A stretch of 64,000 bases of DNA from Laetmonice hystrix (lineage: Eukaryota): assembly GCA_965235115.1 (NCBI GenBank), contig OZ249438.1, forward strand, positions 22,940,001-23,004,000, read 5' to 3'. The stretch's first letter is position 1; each line of letters opens with the position of its first letter. Shown piece by piece: positions 55,001 through 63,818 of the stretch. The position numbers and the translations under genes were made by a program. The notes under the pieces were generated by a model. It ran no database searches. It had not been told where the DNA came from and saw only the letters and a list, made by a program, of their open reading frames with translations.

Positions 55001-55044
55001 ACCCGACCTTCGGCTTCACTTCCGGTTACAGGTTGTGTCGCCAT
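48082..55044 (-). CDS. Two-pore-domain potassium channel (K2P/KCNK family), 6 coding exons: join(55044-54852, 53026-52850, 52685-52528, 52296-52119, 51579-51437, 49074-48082) = 1842 nt, 613 aa
   Basis: Hand-spliced model. All introns are GT..AG and the phases (1,1,0,1,0) match. The topology is M1-cap-P1-M2-M3-P2-M4-tail, with YVLIGAGIFYILE, cap Cys (THQCVS), WGFGTSIYFVVTIMTTIGYGD, TPQGRAFCCIFALLGIP, WTYAESVYYAFLTLATVGLGDYVP and WLFLGLAWLS. An in-frame TGA lies just upstream of the ATG (aaaATGG context). No specific KCNK orthologue can be assigned without a phylogeny. Confidence 0.93.
49290..50765. mobile_element. Non-autonomous foldback-type DNA element (1476 bp) in K2P intron 5
   Basis: Inverted termini TATGGTGGCCCAAAAGTATCATCTCG... 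/ ...CGAGATGATACTTTTGGGCCACCATA. Both arms contain about 8 copies of a 29-bp subrepeat in opposite orientation (about 49330-49560 and 50270-50510). The right arm adds about 8 x 21-bp repeats. A direct GGTATG flanks both sides (49284-49289, 50766-50771). No transposase is visible. Confidence 0.82.
51437..51579 (-). CDS. K2P exon 5 (M4 and proximal C-terminus)
   Basis: Acceptor ttgattttcag|GCCAAG; GQGESSWYLICMVVWLFLGLAWLSTTINS...RTSN; donor AAT|GTAAGA; 143 nt. Confidence 0.9.
52031..52092. repeat. Short tandem duplication (about 33 bp x2) in K2P intron 4
   Basis: gaactccctatgtaagagatctatctatg occurs twice. Confidence 0.85.
52119..52296 (-). CDS. K2P exon 4 (M3, pore domain 2, TVGLGD)
   Basis: Acceptor tgtttgcag|CGCCAC; ...EEWTYAESVYYAFLTLATVGLGDYVPG; donor CCGG|GTAAAT; 178 nt. 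Confidence 0.93.
52528..52685 (-). CDS. K2P exon 3 (GYG of filter 1, M2)
   Basis: Acceptor tttgacatag|GTTACGGA; GYGDVVPLTPQGRAFCCIFALLGIPMCLVLLANVG...FK; donor AAG|GTAAGT; 158 nt. Confidence 0.93.
52850..53026 (-). CDS. K2P exon 2 (cap, pore helix 1 up to TTIG); missing from the ORF track
   Basis: Acceptor tttttaag|CAACG; translates TTHQCVSKEEADRFIDLFATDIYRSRELWSYDNFTQHNNTREWGFGTSIYFVVTIMTTIG; donor ATAG|GTATGG; 177 nt; two N-glycosylation sequons (NFT, NNT). Confidence 0.92.
54852..55044 (-). CDS. K2P exon 1 (N-terminus, M1, start of cap)
   Basis: MATQ...YVLIGAGIFYILEKHTWD...HKFI; donor ATCA|GTAAGA; 193 nt, ends phase 1. Confidence 0.9.
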
Positions 55045-56189
55045 TTTGTCAAAGGTTACTCTTCACAGAATGGCGCTGGGTCCTTAAAATAGAATGTAAG
55101 CAGCCGATGGTAGTCGATTTATGCAGTTCCCAGGTGAGTTATGGTGTTGTGTTAGGTATCTACTTATACACAAAGAAACTTCATCCGAGGCGGTGAGGCA
55201 TCTGAAAATTATCTGAAAAACGGTCCGTGTTCATATAAACTACTCTGCTGGTTGTGAAAAAAGATTGAGAGAGAAAAATCCTCTCATGTTTGATTGTCTT
55301 ATGCTCAACGAACAATATGCCATGTATGTTAAGACTGTATTGTTGATTCTATATGATGGACTTTATGAACACACATCACACTCTGGTAACTTCAAGTCTA
55401 CTAAAGAACGATTGAAATGATGGACGTATTGTTGAATAAAATGTTCTATACTCACACTAGTGTTATCTGTAAGTGCAGCGCTCAAACTTCTTCTGTTCAA
55501 TTACCGATCGCAGTAAAAAAATGACGGTACCATTTCTCCGAGAGACGTCGAAATGTAAATATTTGCAAAGAATTCCGAGTTGCGTTGAAAATTGTTAATG
55601 CCGCAACAGAGGTTCAAGTCATTTTGATCGGAATTCTTCCTGGTTAGTTGGTAGTAAATGTTTGTTTCGGAGACTTTGCAATGCGGAGTTTCGACGTAGT
55701 TTAGCACTTTTCCCGATGTCTCCCTGCTATACTCAACTGATGACCGTTGAAAGGTTCTGCATAAGAAAACCTGGCACGCTTAGCGGCTCGCCGGAGTCGT
55801 CTCCTAACGACCGGGTCGGGCCGGAGGCTGACGTGCCGGAGCAAGGGCCGGCGGCCTGTCTGGCGACATAGACCCCGGAGGAGATCGATCCGGCCGTATG
55901 TTTTACCTGGACTATACGGATCCGTTCTCAGATTTACTCGGTGCCAGCACCGGTCGGATACCATCTGCACGCCGCTCCCCAATCATGTCCCTTCATGAAT
56001 ACATCATCTATATAGACGTGCAAATGAATCCTTCCATAGGGTGCGAGGGACGGGAGAGGGGGTATGGGACAGGCGAATCGTCTTCTGGACCTCCTGCCTG
56101 AAAGAAGACACAGATGTAGGACCCTTATCCACACCGGATCAGGGAAGCTATCATCCAAAAGACTGCGTACATACTTTTTAGAGGCCGAT

Positions 56190-56672
56190 GGCGGCAGTCG
56201 GCGACGTCATCAACTGTGAGCACTGAGCAGTCGGTGATGTCATCATCTGTACGAACTGGGCAGTGGGTGACGTCACCATCTGTGAGAACTGGGCAGTCGG
56301 TGACGTCATCAACTGTAGCATTGGGCAGTCGGCGACGTCATCAACGGTGAGCACTGGGCAGTCGGTGACGTCACCAACTGTACGAACTGGGCAGTCGGTG
56401 ACGTCATTAACTGTGAGCACTGGGCAGTCGGTGACGTCACCAACTGTGAGAACTGGGCAGTCGGCGACGTCATCAACTGTGAGCAGTGGGCAGTCGGTGA
56501 CGTCACCAACTGTACGAACTGGGCAGTCGGTGACGTCATCAACTGTGAGCATTGGGCAGTCGGTGACGTCACCAACTGTACGAACCGGGCAGTCGGTGAC
56601 GTCATCAACTGTGAGCACTGGGCAGTCGGTGACGTCACCAACTGTACGAACTGGGCAATCGGCGACGTTGCC
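56190..56672. repeat. Minisatellite, 33-bp unit, about 15 copies, ten containing TGACGTCA
   Basis: Unit gggcagtcggtgacgtcatcaactgtgagcact, largely alternating with a ...gtcaccaactgtacgaact variant. Confidence 0.96.
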
Positions 56673-57327
56673 GATTGAAATATATGGGACCTCAAGTGAC
56701 CAAAATGAATCTCGCCCACCCCAATAATCTATAAAGGCCCGTGTACGATTTTTGATTTAATGGTGGAATTTCACTCCCTGTTTCTGGAAATGGGTTCCAT
56801 GGGTGATGTCAAAATCGCACGGACATCGCAAGGAAAATCGCGTTAGTACTTTAGGCCCTTTAAGTGAATGCTACGTTGACTTTTCACAACGTTTGTTAAT
56901 TGACCAAAAAAAGACTGAAACCTGAAGGATTGCTGCTGTCATTATTCCCTACGGACCGACTATTATATTGACTTACTGCATGTTCCACCCCTGATTAAGG
57001 CCAATAGATGCGGACAGGGCGTCAAACATCCAATCACTTACTACAGAATAATACAAACCAGGAGGATCGATAGCTAGGGGCCCCAGTAAATAATGGGTCG
57101 GAGCCCAAACGGTCATCACGCCTCGCCTCCACTTTCTGACGGTAGCAGACGACCCACCAGCAGGGCTCCGGCTGGCTCTTTTCTATATAACTATATACAA
57201 GAAGAATGTAGCCTGTACAATTGAACGTTTTCATCGACCTCCTTACGTCTTAGGCCTACAATTAAAGTAACTCAAGTTGTAAAGAATCAGAAATACTTAG
57301 CAACTAGTCGGGTCTCCATGTCGGAGC

Positions 57328-57657
57328 ACCATGTCACCGTGGGAGTGTCATGTCACCGTATGAGTGTCATGTCACCGTGTGAGTGCCATGTCACCGTGTG
57401 TGCCATGTCACCGTGTGAGTGCCATGTCACCGTGTGAGTGCCATGTCACCGTGTGTGCCATGTCACCGTGTGAGTGCCATGTCACCGTGTGAGTGTCATG
57501 TCACCGTATGAGTGCCATGTCACCGTGTGAGTGCCATGTCACCGTGTGAGAGCCATGTCACCGTGTGAGTGCCATGTCACCGTGTGAGAGCCATGTCACC
57601 GTGTGAGAGCCATGTCACCGTGTGAGTGCCATATCACCATGTGCGTGCCATGTCACT
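57328..57657. repeat. Minisatellite, 19-bp unit, about 17 copies
   Basis: Unit gccatgtcaccgtgtgagt. Confidence 0.95.
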
Positions 57658-58654
57658 CGGGACAGGCTGGAAATGGACGTAATAGTGGGAGATTTATTCA
57701 GAATGTACTATAATTCACACCTCACCCTGTCAGAGATGGTTTACCAGGTGAGGAGTTCTTCATGAGTCAGTGAAGCACATTGGTAAAGTCTCATCAATAT
57801 TTACACGGTTTAAGGAACTGGTACTACTTTACCTCTTGGGCGTCACCAGTGACCAAACTCTTTCACTACCTTGTAAACGTACGTGGAAATGGATTCGACT
57901 TTTTCATTTACACATTTGCTTTTCATCAGTGTCCCCGATAGGTAATATTGCGATGGAGACGATCGTTTTATTTGCACACATGTAGATGTTAGACTTTGGA
58001 TAATATCATGCATCAATGTACATAGGAGAAGCACGGTGCAAAGTAAATATTGATGGTAATCGCCATCTATAAATACTCGTCTTTCCGATCGGTTCAACCC
58101 GCTAGGTTTGTTCGGAGAATTATCATATTCGATTACAGTACAAGTCCATTTAACGGTGGCTCAGCCATCGGGATAACGTTGCTACTTACTTAGGAATAAA
58201 TGGCTACGGTGCGTACAACAGCTAACTTACTATTCCTCTTCGAGCTGTACAGGAAATAAGCTCAATCCTACCCGATGTTGTATCAGTTGCGAAAACGATT
58301 CACATGAGGTAGACTGTCAAATGGGAATTGAAACATGTCTTCGTTTCAGGAAAAACATATAACCTAAAAATCTATATGCAAATACCTGAGGTAATGCAGC
58401 AGTTAGACGGACGTTGCTTTAACTTTGTACTATCTGAAAGTGCACGGATGCACCAATGATCTATGGAGCTCCGGAGGGGACATGCATAACATAATTTTTA
58501 ACTCGTGTGCACGAGTTACGTAGTAACTCCATGCAGAACAACGCTGACTTGCTATTGGGGTGCCTTCTTGAATGTTTCCCCATGGTAGAAACGAAGGCAG
58601 TTATTAAGTTTTATTTTAACCTTTAGGGCTGCAGTACAAGGATATCTTGGTGGC

Positions 58655-58900
58655 GTATATAGGGGCATAATCACTAGGTTCCTAATCCCTATAGACAGGT
58701 GGGGTATATAGGGGCCTAATCACTACAGCCAGGTGCAGTACATAGGGCCTTAATCACTACAGTCAGGTGGGGACATAAGGTCCTAATCATTACAGCCAGG
58801 TGGGGTGTATAGGGGCCTAATGACTACAGTCAGGTGGGGTACATAGGTTCCTAATCACTACAGACAGGTGGGGTATATAGGGAAGTAATCAATACAATCA
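58655..58900. repeat. Diverged tandem repeat, 34-bp unit, about 7 copies
   Basis: caggtggggtatataggggcctaatcactacagc-like units at 58696, 58730, 58764, 58797, 58831 and 58865. Confidence 0.88.
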
Positions 58901-58978
58901 GTTGGTCCCGGGTCAGTCGTGTTGCCGAATCAAATTTGGCGGCGACTGGGCGTGGCTTATGTTTTGATTGGCACCGCC

Positions 58979-59132
58979 CAGTAGCGTACCCGGGGCTCAA
59001 GCACCCCCCTCAATTTTCCCATTTCTTTTTTTTTTGGTGCGCTTGTTGCCCACAGCCCTTCACAATTCGCCGTGCCTACCACGTTGGTTATTTCCAGCAC
59101 CCCCCTGGATCCAGTTTCTGGGTACGCCACTG
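58979..59132. mobile_element. Probable MITE (154 bp)
   Basis: 15-bp inverted termini with 2 mismatches: CAGTAGCGTACCCGG ... CTGGGTACGCCACTG; no clear target duplication. Confidence 0.55.
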
Positions 59133-60087
59133 TTGCCTGTAGTGGTTAAAGAACAGCATCTACCGTGTTCACCACCACTGTCCGGGTTGGACGAACCAAG
59201 ACCTGGACCAGAGCATTCCTAGCAGGATACGACCTCCGGAGAGAGATCTGTAACACGTTAAGAAGAGCGTAGGTATGTTTAATGCTACCCTTGGCACTGA
59301 CAGAATCCCCTCATAGTGACGTTGGAGAGTTGTCTTCAGTTGACAGGGGATTGGCTTACCAATAATCTCTTTGTGTTTTCGGTCCCCGGCCTGACGGTAT
59401 GAGCCCTGGTACGAAAACGCAACAACGAATCTTCTATCGATGTTACAGGAAGAGAAAATCTACAAGATAACAGGTGGAAGGTCTCGTCAGGTCCAACCAA
59501 AATGTACGGTCACGATTGGTCAATATTGTCTATCGACTTCACACCTCGCCGGCATAAATACCTGCCTCACCTGGCCATTCCTTGAAGGTGAAACGCACGA
59601 CCAGCCTTTCGGAGTGTGCCTGAAATATTAATCTGGGGCGAGTTTCAATCTCTACCACAGACACGCTCCACACAGTCATGGTATATCTTGCTGAAAAGTG
59701 CTCCCAGATTTCAAACACAAGGGTGCTGTCGACTTGAAATACTGTCAGATAGCAGTGGGAGATCCAGGATTTTGATAAGGGGGGGGGGCACCTAAAACAT
59801 TTTTTAGCCTCGGTACGCTCGGCATGATTTTATTGTGATTGTGATCCCTTTTTGGTCTATTCCAATGCTGCATGGCGCAGAGTTATCTTGCTGCTGGACG
59901 ACAGAGGATGCCCTTTTGGGCCAGATGTTACTATCACGTACAATATAGGAGGCATTTTTAAAAAGAATTTTGTTGTAATCCTGGTTTCAGGGTCTGTATA
60001 ATGCATCTTCATAAAAAAGGCGGAAACAGGAAAATTAAAGAGAGGGCCCCGGCCCACTGCCCCCCCCCCCCCCCCATCCCCCAGTGC

Positions 60088-61562
60088 CATGCGCTTCGCA
60101 GAATGGCGTTTTGGGGAGTTTCTATTAATTAAATTCTCAGAGTACAAATTTCACAAGGAAGTAGACATGATTGACCTGTCTCAGTGCTATTTACTTTAGT
60201 TTCCAGGTCGTTTATTGGTGTTTCAGCCTCTGTCATTGTACAAGGTGCCAGATTGGCTGTTGCTCCCTCAGCGTTGTAACTCGGGCTTTTTCGTATAGGT
60301 GGCGCTAGCGCATCGGACCGTCACAGCCACAGTGAAGGAAGCACGGCTTGAAGGTATACCTGTTAACAATCAATCAGCTCGGGCGTAGGAAAAAGAGATA
60401 ATTAATTTCACCAGGTTTCATGATTCCATGCGTTTATTGTCCAGGGGCCAGGAGATACCTAGGTTGGATCGTGGAAGCCTGTCTAATCTGTTTCTACTAT
60501 AGACTATAATGGATGCGTCCGACTATGTCGTCAGTTAGTCCCAATGGCAATTTGCCGTCCAGGTTTAATTAACAATGACTATAATGGATGCGTCCGACTA
60601 TGTCGTCAGCTAGTCCCAATGGCAATTTGTCGTCCAGGTTTAATAAACAATGGCAAATGGGTGTATGCCCTTCTTAGATCAGATATCCCATCACCAAGTA
60701 TAAAGATTACAGATATGTTGCAGCCAAACACCACCGTGTTGTACTGAATGGGCTCCCCCGACTGCACTGCCACCATCCGGCTGTCGACGGAATCACTAGG
60801 TATACCTGCACCAGTGGCAGGCGGGCACCTGCTGCGCTTCGCGGATACGGATCACCAATACTAAGCCTAAAATGGCTTCATTTGTCATACGTCAAATTGA
60901 AATAAGGCCCCCAAAATTACAATTTCTAGCCAGCCGTGTAGAGAATCGTCTGTAGATTGTGATCAATCGAAGTTTTGTTGAAAAATAGCCATATTTTTGA
61001 ATTATTTAGGTTTGAAAAATCCGTCATACGTTTTGACAAAACGTCTCTTTTTGGGGTGTTTTGCACCGATTTAAAATTTTCTTAAAATCGCTCTCCCAGC
61101 TAAACATGCTTTCTGTGAATTTCAAATAGGCCAAAAATTCGACGGTGTCTTGAAGTATATAGTTTGGTAGCTTTGGGGGCTCTTTCCCTTACGATTAGCT
61201 CAGAAAATAACTTTTATTGCCCCCTTTAGGACGATGATAGGGGATATATGGTTTTAAAAAAATACAGGAAAAGTAAAGTGTCTATTAAAAGCTTTAGGAG
61301 CCTTGGGCGTAGAGTTGGCCTCTTTCACAACTCAGAAGTCACCATCTACCAGCTTCAGGACCAGCACAGGAGCGTCTAGATGTTCTTCAGAAATCCACAT
61401 GCGCTCCCCAGAATGGCGTTGTGGGGCATTTCTATTGATGAAATTCTCAGAATAAAAATTTCACAAGGAAGTAGACATCTTTGACCTGTCTCGGTGCTAT
61501 TTGCTTTAGTTGCTAGGTCGTTTTTTGATGTTTTAGCCTCTGTCATTGTATAAAGTACCAGA
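60088..61562. repeat. Diverged direct repeat pair of about 165 bp (60088-60252 and 61398-61562)
   Basis: catgcgc...cagaatggcgtt...aatttcacaaggaagtagacat...gcctctgtcattgta...ccaga at a constant offset of 1310. Confidence 0.88.
60502..60651. repeat. Tandem duplication, 75 bp x2
   Basis: gactataatggatgcgtccgactatgtcgtcag...caggtttaat.aacaat occurs twice. Confidence 0.9.
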
Positions 61563-62167
61563 ACTTAAAGATGGCTGCAGCTAAATATTTCAGGTTTTAT
61601 TTTGAAAGTATAATGCGTAGAAAACGGATTTCGAGCTGGGATATTATTACCGAACTTACAATGCCTCCCGTAGATCCGTCGTGCGCAGGGATCGTTCGGA
61701 CTCCTGACGTATAGCTCTTTTTTAATGCCCATAGATGACTGAACACAGCTTGGCGCTGGACTCAGGAGTTTTTTGAGATTATTAAAGCTAATTCTTATCA
61801 GAATGTCTTCTGTAACCAGTGAATATAAGCATGAAGGTTACTTGACATGTTATCAAAATGTCTTCTGCCAACAGTGAATATAAGCATGGAAGCTTACATG
61901 ACATGTTAACCATAATGAACACGCCCCCTATCGTTAACCCCGAGAAATACCTACAGCGCCCTCCGGGGGCCATTGCTCAACGTATCGCTATGAAAAAATT
62001 CCATCATAGTCGTCTCGTTAAGGCGTTTCCGTTGCTCAAGACCATTTTCCTATCGTTAAATTGAACTTCTTGTCGAATCTAACGAGAAGGAAACGGCATC
62101 CTTTGTGGGGTCCTTATATATTATATATATATATACACACATATAAGGGTGGCCCAGCAAAATTGTT

Positions 62168-62555
62168 ACCCGTGCAAGCCCGGGATATAATAGGCTTTCC
62201 TTGAATAGTACCCCATTTACCTCTATTTTTTCAAATGAATGACCCGTAGAGTCCCGGGGTTAATAGTCTCTATACATGTATATGGATTTATATTACTTGG
62301 GAAGAATGAGGTTTTGATGTCTTCAATTTTGTTCCCACAATTTGTCACTCGTTCCCCTCCGTCTGTTATATTTTGTGACCGGGGATGCCGAGCAAAAATA
62401 AGCGCCGTTGGCTTCGGTGTAACCTTGTGTGTGACCCATGGAGGCCCGGGTTATAATAGGCCTTCTTTCTTTACCCGGAAAGTCCGGGTTATAGTGGGCT
62501 TTCTTTCATATTTCAGGGAAGTTAACCGTGGAAGCCCGGGTTATATTAGGTTTTC
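62168..62555 (+). repeat. Five dispersed copies of a ~33-nt motif, ACCCG-T-GGAAGCC-CGGGT-TATAATA-GGCTTTC
   Basis: Copies start at 62168, 62242, 62434, 62473 and 62524. Confidence 0.85.
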
Positions 62556-62599
62556 TTTGAATGGGGTCTTGAATTATGTACGAAAGTTTTATTTTGTGT

Positions 62600-62823
62600 C
62601 TTGGCCAGCTCACCGGGGAGAAGCAGACGGACGGCCGTCTGGATTTCCCGGCTGGTGATAGAAGAGCAGCGGTTGTACTGGGCCAGGCGTGAAGCCTCGG
62701 CTCGAGGATGTCGTTCACAAACGAGTTCATGATAGACATAGCCTTGCTGGAGATACCTGTGTCTAGGCGGACCTGCTTCACCACCTTGTAGATGTAGAAG
62801 GATTCTCTCCTCCTCTTCTTACG
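62600..62823 (-). pseudogene. H2B: Histone H2B pseudogene fragment (copy 1): truncated at both ends, with a 10-nt frameshifting deletion
   Basis: Reads [41 protein letters not shown], then shifts frame to [33 protein letters not shown]. There is no start codon, C-terminus or stem-loop. Confidence 0.9.
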
Positions 62824-63047
62824 CTAAAAGGAACATCTTAAAATATTAAACACTGCTGGCCTTTTGAAGCAGAGAGTGATTGGATTTTATCGTTGTTTTA
62901 TGTTAAAAAAAATACTCCTGGTGCATGTAAAAACTATAATTACTATATAACTCCCCGGGACTGGTTTAGAGGCATGCAAAGAAAGAGCACGTATTACAGT
63001 ATGTGGATATAATATTAGCAAGATCGATTCTTTTGTGATGTTGTGGG

Positions 63048-63063
63048 CGTCCTGAAAAGGACC
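63048..63063 (-). terminator. Histone 3' stem-loop of copy 2 (terminal pair broken)
   Basis: aatGGTCCT-TTTC-AGGACGccca, followed by the purine-rich acAAAAGAa (candidate U7-binding downstream element). Confidence 0.8.
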
Positions 63064-63081
63064 ATTAGTTTCGTTTCGTAG

Positions 63082-63276
63082 ATCGTTCACAAAGGAGTTC
63101 ATGATAGACATGACCTTGCTGGAGATACCTGTGTCTGTGTGGACCTGCCTCAACACCTTGTAAATGTAGATGGAATAGGATTCCCTCCTCTCCTTGCGCT
63201 TCTTGTCGCCCGTGCGGACGGCGTTGGCCTTGCTAGCGGCCTTCTTAGCTCCCTTCGACGCTGGTTTTGGCGGCAT
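63082..63276 (-). pseudogene. H2B: Histone H2B copy 2: intact 5' half, C-terminal half deleted and fused to its own 3' UTR (frame stays open to 62887)
   Basis: [65 protein letters not shown], joined directly to the UTR sequence that follows the stop codon in copy 3. Confidence 0.88.
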
Positions 63277-63316
63277 GATGTCAGTGTATCGACTAAGGTG
63301 CCAGTCGGCGCGTTTG

Positions 63317-63341
63317 TTTATATATGGCGTCGTATGCAAAT
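63317..63341 (-). promoter_or_regulatory. H2B promoter: octamer ATTTGCAT (63341-63334) directly upstream of TATATAAA (63324-63317)
   Basis: Minus strand reads ctaATTTGCATacgacgccaTATATAAAc, 40-65 nt upstream of the ATG at 63276. Octamer-next-to-TATA is the established vertebrate H2B promoter layout. A CCAAT and a TGACGTC lie at about 63484-63499. Confidence 0.8.
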
Positions 63342-63773
63342 TAGCAGCGAGTTCATGCTGAAAGGAGCCATGCATGGTTCATCTGCGTTCCGTTGGTGGC
63401 GCCACGTATTATACCCCAACGCCGTGCCTGTTAGGGAGCAGGTTTGGCGCTGTAGTCGGCGGGCAGGCTGCCGCCGTCACGTGTGACGTCTAGGCCAATC
63501 AGCAGCCATGTATGAACTCGCCGTTTCAGAAATCTAAGCTACTTGCCACCGACCGGCCGGGAATTGATGACATCATTTCTGAACAAATTCCAGCAAAGCC
63601 CGATGATCGTGAATAAAGAAGGTGCATAGAAATACTTCTGGTGCATGTAAAAACTATAATTACTATATAACTCCCCGGGACTGGTTTAGAGGCATGCAAA
63701 GAAAGAGCACGTATTACAGTATACATGTATATGGATAATATTAGCAAGATCGATTCTTTTGTGACCTTATGGG

Positions 63774-63789
63774 CGTCCTGAGAAGGACC
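63774..63789 (-). terminator. Histone 3' stem-loop of copy 3 (terminal pair broken)
   Basis: aatGGTCCT-TCTC-AGGACGccca, about 30 nt after the TAA, followed by acAAAAGAa. Confidence 0.8.
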
Positions 63790-63818
63790 ATTAGTTTCGT
63801 TTTGTAGATTGAGGCTCT

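Larger units (their letters stand above)
62910..63808. repeat. Direct duplication of the H2B 3' flank (62910-63082 vs 63630-63808, offset about 720-726 bp)
   Basis: Near-identical ctggtgcatgtaaaaactataattactatataactccccgggactggtttagaggcatgc...ggaccattagtttcg in both places. Confidence 0.92.

Noticed and set aside
56178-56727. Mucin-like (S/T-rich) or Cys/Asp-repeat ORFs
   Set aside because: They derive from the 33-bp minisatellite, are open in several frames on both strands, and have no signal peptide or exon context.
2581-58900. Tandem arrays as CRISPR arrays (several have 28-39-bp units, some palindromic)
   Set aside because: Units are head-to-tail with no unique spacers, there are no cas genes, and the context is eukaryotic.
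63277-63375. ORF-track N-terminal extension of H2B ([21 protein letters not shown]...)
   Set aside because: It spans the octamer and TATA box, so it lies upstream of the expected transcription start. The H2B initiator is the ATG at 63276.
63345-63630. Divergent H2A gene upstream of H2B copy 2
   Set aside because: No SGRGK/AGLQFPVGR-type H2A sequence was found; the region runs straight into the 3' flank of copy 3.
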